Assembly: GCA_039812885.1 (NCBI GenBank)
Contig: JBDIBI010000015.1
Span: 62,878-126,877 of the forward strand
From: Blastocatellia bacterium
Lineage (GTDB): Bacteria > Acidobacteriota > Blastocatellia > Chloracidobacteriales > JADJPF01
DNA length: 64,000 nucleotides
Direction of reading: 5' to 3'
Shown here: positions 62,236 through 64,000 of the stretch, one piece after another
Layout: every line of letters starts with the position of its first letter
How positions within the stretch are numbered: the stretch's first letter is position 1
Translations under genes and position numbers: made by a program
Notes under the pieces: model-generated
The model's input: only the letters and a program-made list of their open reading frames with translations
Told to the model about the DNA's origin: nothing
Databases searched by the model: none

Positions 62236-63255
62236 CTATTTTGGTTCTTCAGAAACTTTAATTATTAATTTTCCTTGGTTTGAGCCATCAAAAAGTTTGT
62301 TTATAGCTTGAGGAGTTTTTTCTAAGCCTTCTATGACATCGACTTTATATTTTAGTTTCCCTTCCATAAACCATTGACCTAATGCAGCCATAGCTTCTTG
62401 AGTACGATCTAGATAATCCATCACAATAAAGCCTTCTACCTTAACACTTTTAGCCAAAATATTTACAAAGTTATAAGGACCAGGTACAGCTTTTTCTGCA
62501 TTATACATAGATATTAGTCCGCAAATAGATATACGGCCTTTTTTGTTAATACAGGCCAAAACAGCATCCAATATTTCTCCACCTACGTTATCAAAATAAA
62601 TATCTATTCCCTTTGGACAAAGCTCTTTAAGACGATTATAAACAGATTCTTTCTTATAGTTTATTACTCCATCAAACCCTAATTCATCTTTAAGCCATTG
62701 GCATTTTTCATCACTGCCAGCAATGCCTACTACATGACAGCCTTTTATTTTACCAATTTGACCAACTATTGAACCAACAGCTCCAGCAGCAGCAGAAACA
62801 ACTAAAGTTTCTCCTGGTTGTGGATTAGTAACATCAATTAACCCAAAGTATGCTGTTAAACCAATATGTCCTAAAAGACCCATATAAGTAGTCAATGGTA
62901 TGGGTAAACCCTTAGGTATAGGGGTTAACGTTTTACTATGTAATACTGCATAATCTTGCCAACCTATCATTCCTTGGACTAAATCACCTACTTGGAAATT
63001 TGGAGATTTAGAATCTTCGACTACACCTAAAGCTATGCCTCTCATCACCTCACCTAATGGTACTGGGGGGATATAACTTTCTTGTTCTCTCATCCAACCA
63101 CGATTGGCTGGATCTAGAGATAGATAAATATTTCTAACTAACACTTCTCCTTCTTGAAGTTGAGAAACAGATTCTTCACGCCATTCAAAATCTGAATCTT
63201 TTATTAGTCCAACAGGACGAGAAACTAAGCGCCATTGTCGATTGATTTTTGTCAT
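62236..63255 (-). CDS. NADP-dependent MDR-superfamily oxidoreductase (YncB/CurA/alkenal-reductase-like)
   Basis: 'MTKINRQWRLVSRPVGLIKDSDFEWREE' is the typical N-terminus of this family. 'AAAGAVGSIVGQIGK' is the NADP-binding glycine motif. Confidence 0.85.
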   Translation of the reverse strand: MTKINRQWRLVSRPVGLIKDSDFEWREESVSQLQEGEVLVRNIYLSLDPANRGWMREQESYIPPVPLGEVMRGIALGVVEDSKSPNFQVGDLVQGMIGWQDYAVLHSKTLTPIPKGLPIPLTTYMGLLGHIGLTAYFGLIDVTNPQPGETLVVSAAAGAVGSIVGQIGKIKGCHVVGIAGSDEKCQWLKDELGFDGVINYKKESVYNRLKELCPKGIDIYFDNVGGEILDAVLACINKKGRISICGLISMYNAEKAVPGPYNFVNILAKSVKVEGFIVMDYLDRTQEAMAALGQWFMEGKLKYKVDVIEGLEKTPQAINKLFDGSNQGKLIIKVSEEPK

Positions 63256-63267
63256 AAAATAAATCCT

Positions 63268-64000
63268 TTAAATAGAAGTTTTTAAATTTGTTACTTCTGA
63301 ACTAACTTGCCATAGTTTAGCAGCAAGACTTTGATCATAAGTACTTGGGGCAGAAGGGTGAGTTTTCTTTTTAACAAAATACTCACCTGTAATATTTTCA
63401 ACTTCTGGTGAAGTTGCTAAATATATACTGGTTTGGGCACCATCTTTATCACTAATAGAAAATAACTTTAAGTATAATCTCACAAGTTTGCCCATAATGC
63501 CTTTATTATTTGAACCAAAGTTTGTACCAACTACTCCTGGATGTAAAGCATTTGCCGTAATTTTTGTTCCTTTTAATCTTCTAGATAACTCGTAAGTAAA
63601 TAACACGTTAGCAAGCTTAGACTGGCAATAAGCACTCCAACCACTATATTTATGTTTACCTTGAAGATTATCAAAATCTATTTTTCCACTTTCATGTGCA
63701 ATAGAAGAAACATTAACTACTCTGGCAGCAGAACTATTTTTTAAAGAATCAATAAGTAAATTTGTTAAAAGAAAATAACTAAGATGATTAAGAGCAAAGG
63801 TCATTTCTAGACCATCTTGACTAAGTTGATGGGAAGTAAATATAGCACCTGCATTATTTACCAACACATCTAGTTTAGAAAAAGTTTTTTTAAATTCTTC
63901 TGCTACCCTATAAATATCTTTTTGTATAGAAAGATCTGCTGCAATAAAATTTACTTCTTTATTACCTGTTTGTTGTTTAATTATTTCTACAGTAGAAGCA
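63268..64000 (-). CDS. Short-chain dehydrogenase/reductase (SDR), C-terminal ~245 aa; the N-terminus lies beyond the window end
   Basis: 'LDVLVNNAGAIF' is the NNAG motif. 'YCQSKLANVLF' is the catalytic YxxxK. 'ALHPGVVGTNF'. The reading frame stays open to coordinate 64000, so the track's 63867 start is an internal GTG. Confidence 0.8.
   Translation of the reverse strand, partial: ASTVEIIKQQTGNKEVNFIAADLSIQKDIYRVAEEFKKTFSKLDVLVNNAGAIFTSHQLSQDGLEMTFALNHLSYFLLTNLLIDSLKNSSAARVVNVSSIAHESGKIDFDNLQGKHKYSGWSAYCQSKLANVLFTYELSRRLKGTKITANALHPGVVGTNFGSNNKGIMGKLVRLYLKLFSISDKDGAQTSIYLATSPEVENITGEYFVKKKTHPSAPSTYDQSLAAKLWQVSSEVTNLKTSI

Overview
This 64-kb window reads as a gene-dense bacterial chromosomal segment with low GC (roughly 35-40%). 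AAGGAG-type ribosome-binding sites, translationally coupled overlapping genes and rho-independent hairpins between convergent genes all support that reading. I can support about 41 protein-coding genes on both strands, with partial genes at both window edges. I found no rRNA, no convincing tRNA, no CRISPR array, and no transposase or integrase.

Housekeeping genes are scattered through the window: fabI, asnB, hemB, an aminotransferase, a CDF metal exporter, an Lrp/MarC pair, and MDR and SDR oxidoreductases.

The rest is an unusually eukaryote-like signalling and structural repertoire:
- A clear major vault protein (MVP) homolog at 30852-33155.
- Two giant STAND-like Ser/Thr-kinase + AAA + helical-repeat proteins and one stand-alone Hanks kinase.
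- A HEAT + WD40 protein, a 33-repeat TPR protein, and two tandem collagen-like (Gly-X-Thr) secreted paralogs.
- An mglB-mglA polarity GTPase module, a response regulator with DUF4388, and an ECF sigma/anti-sigma pair.
- An RtcB RNA ligase, a B12-radical SAM enzyme, and a hemB-coupled pair of secreted amidohydrolase-like proteins with degenerate active sites.

My top candidate for the undescribed system is the MVP locus and its immediate flanks. The tandem Gly-X-Thr collagen-like genes come next, followed by the internally duplicated protein paired with an AlbA_2 ATPase.

Taxonomy cannot be settled from sequence alone. The repertoire resembles Myxococcota, Bdellovibrionota or Planctomycetota-like complex-lifestyle bacteria.
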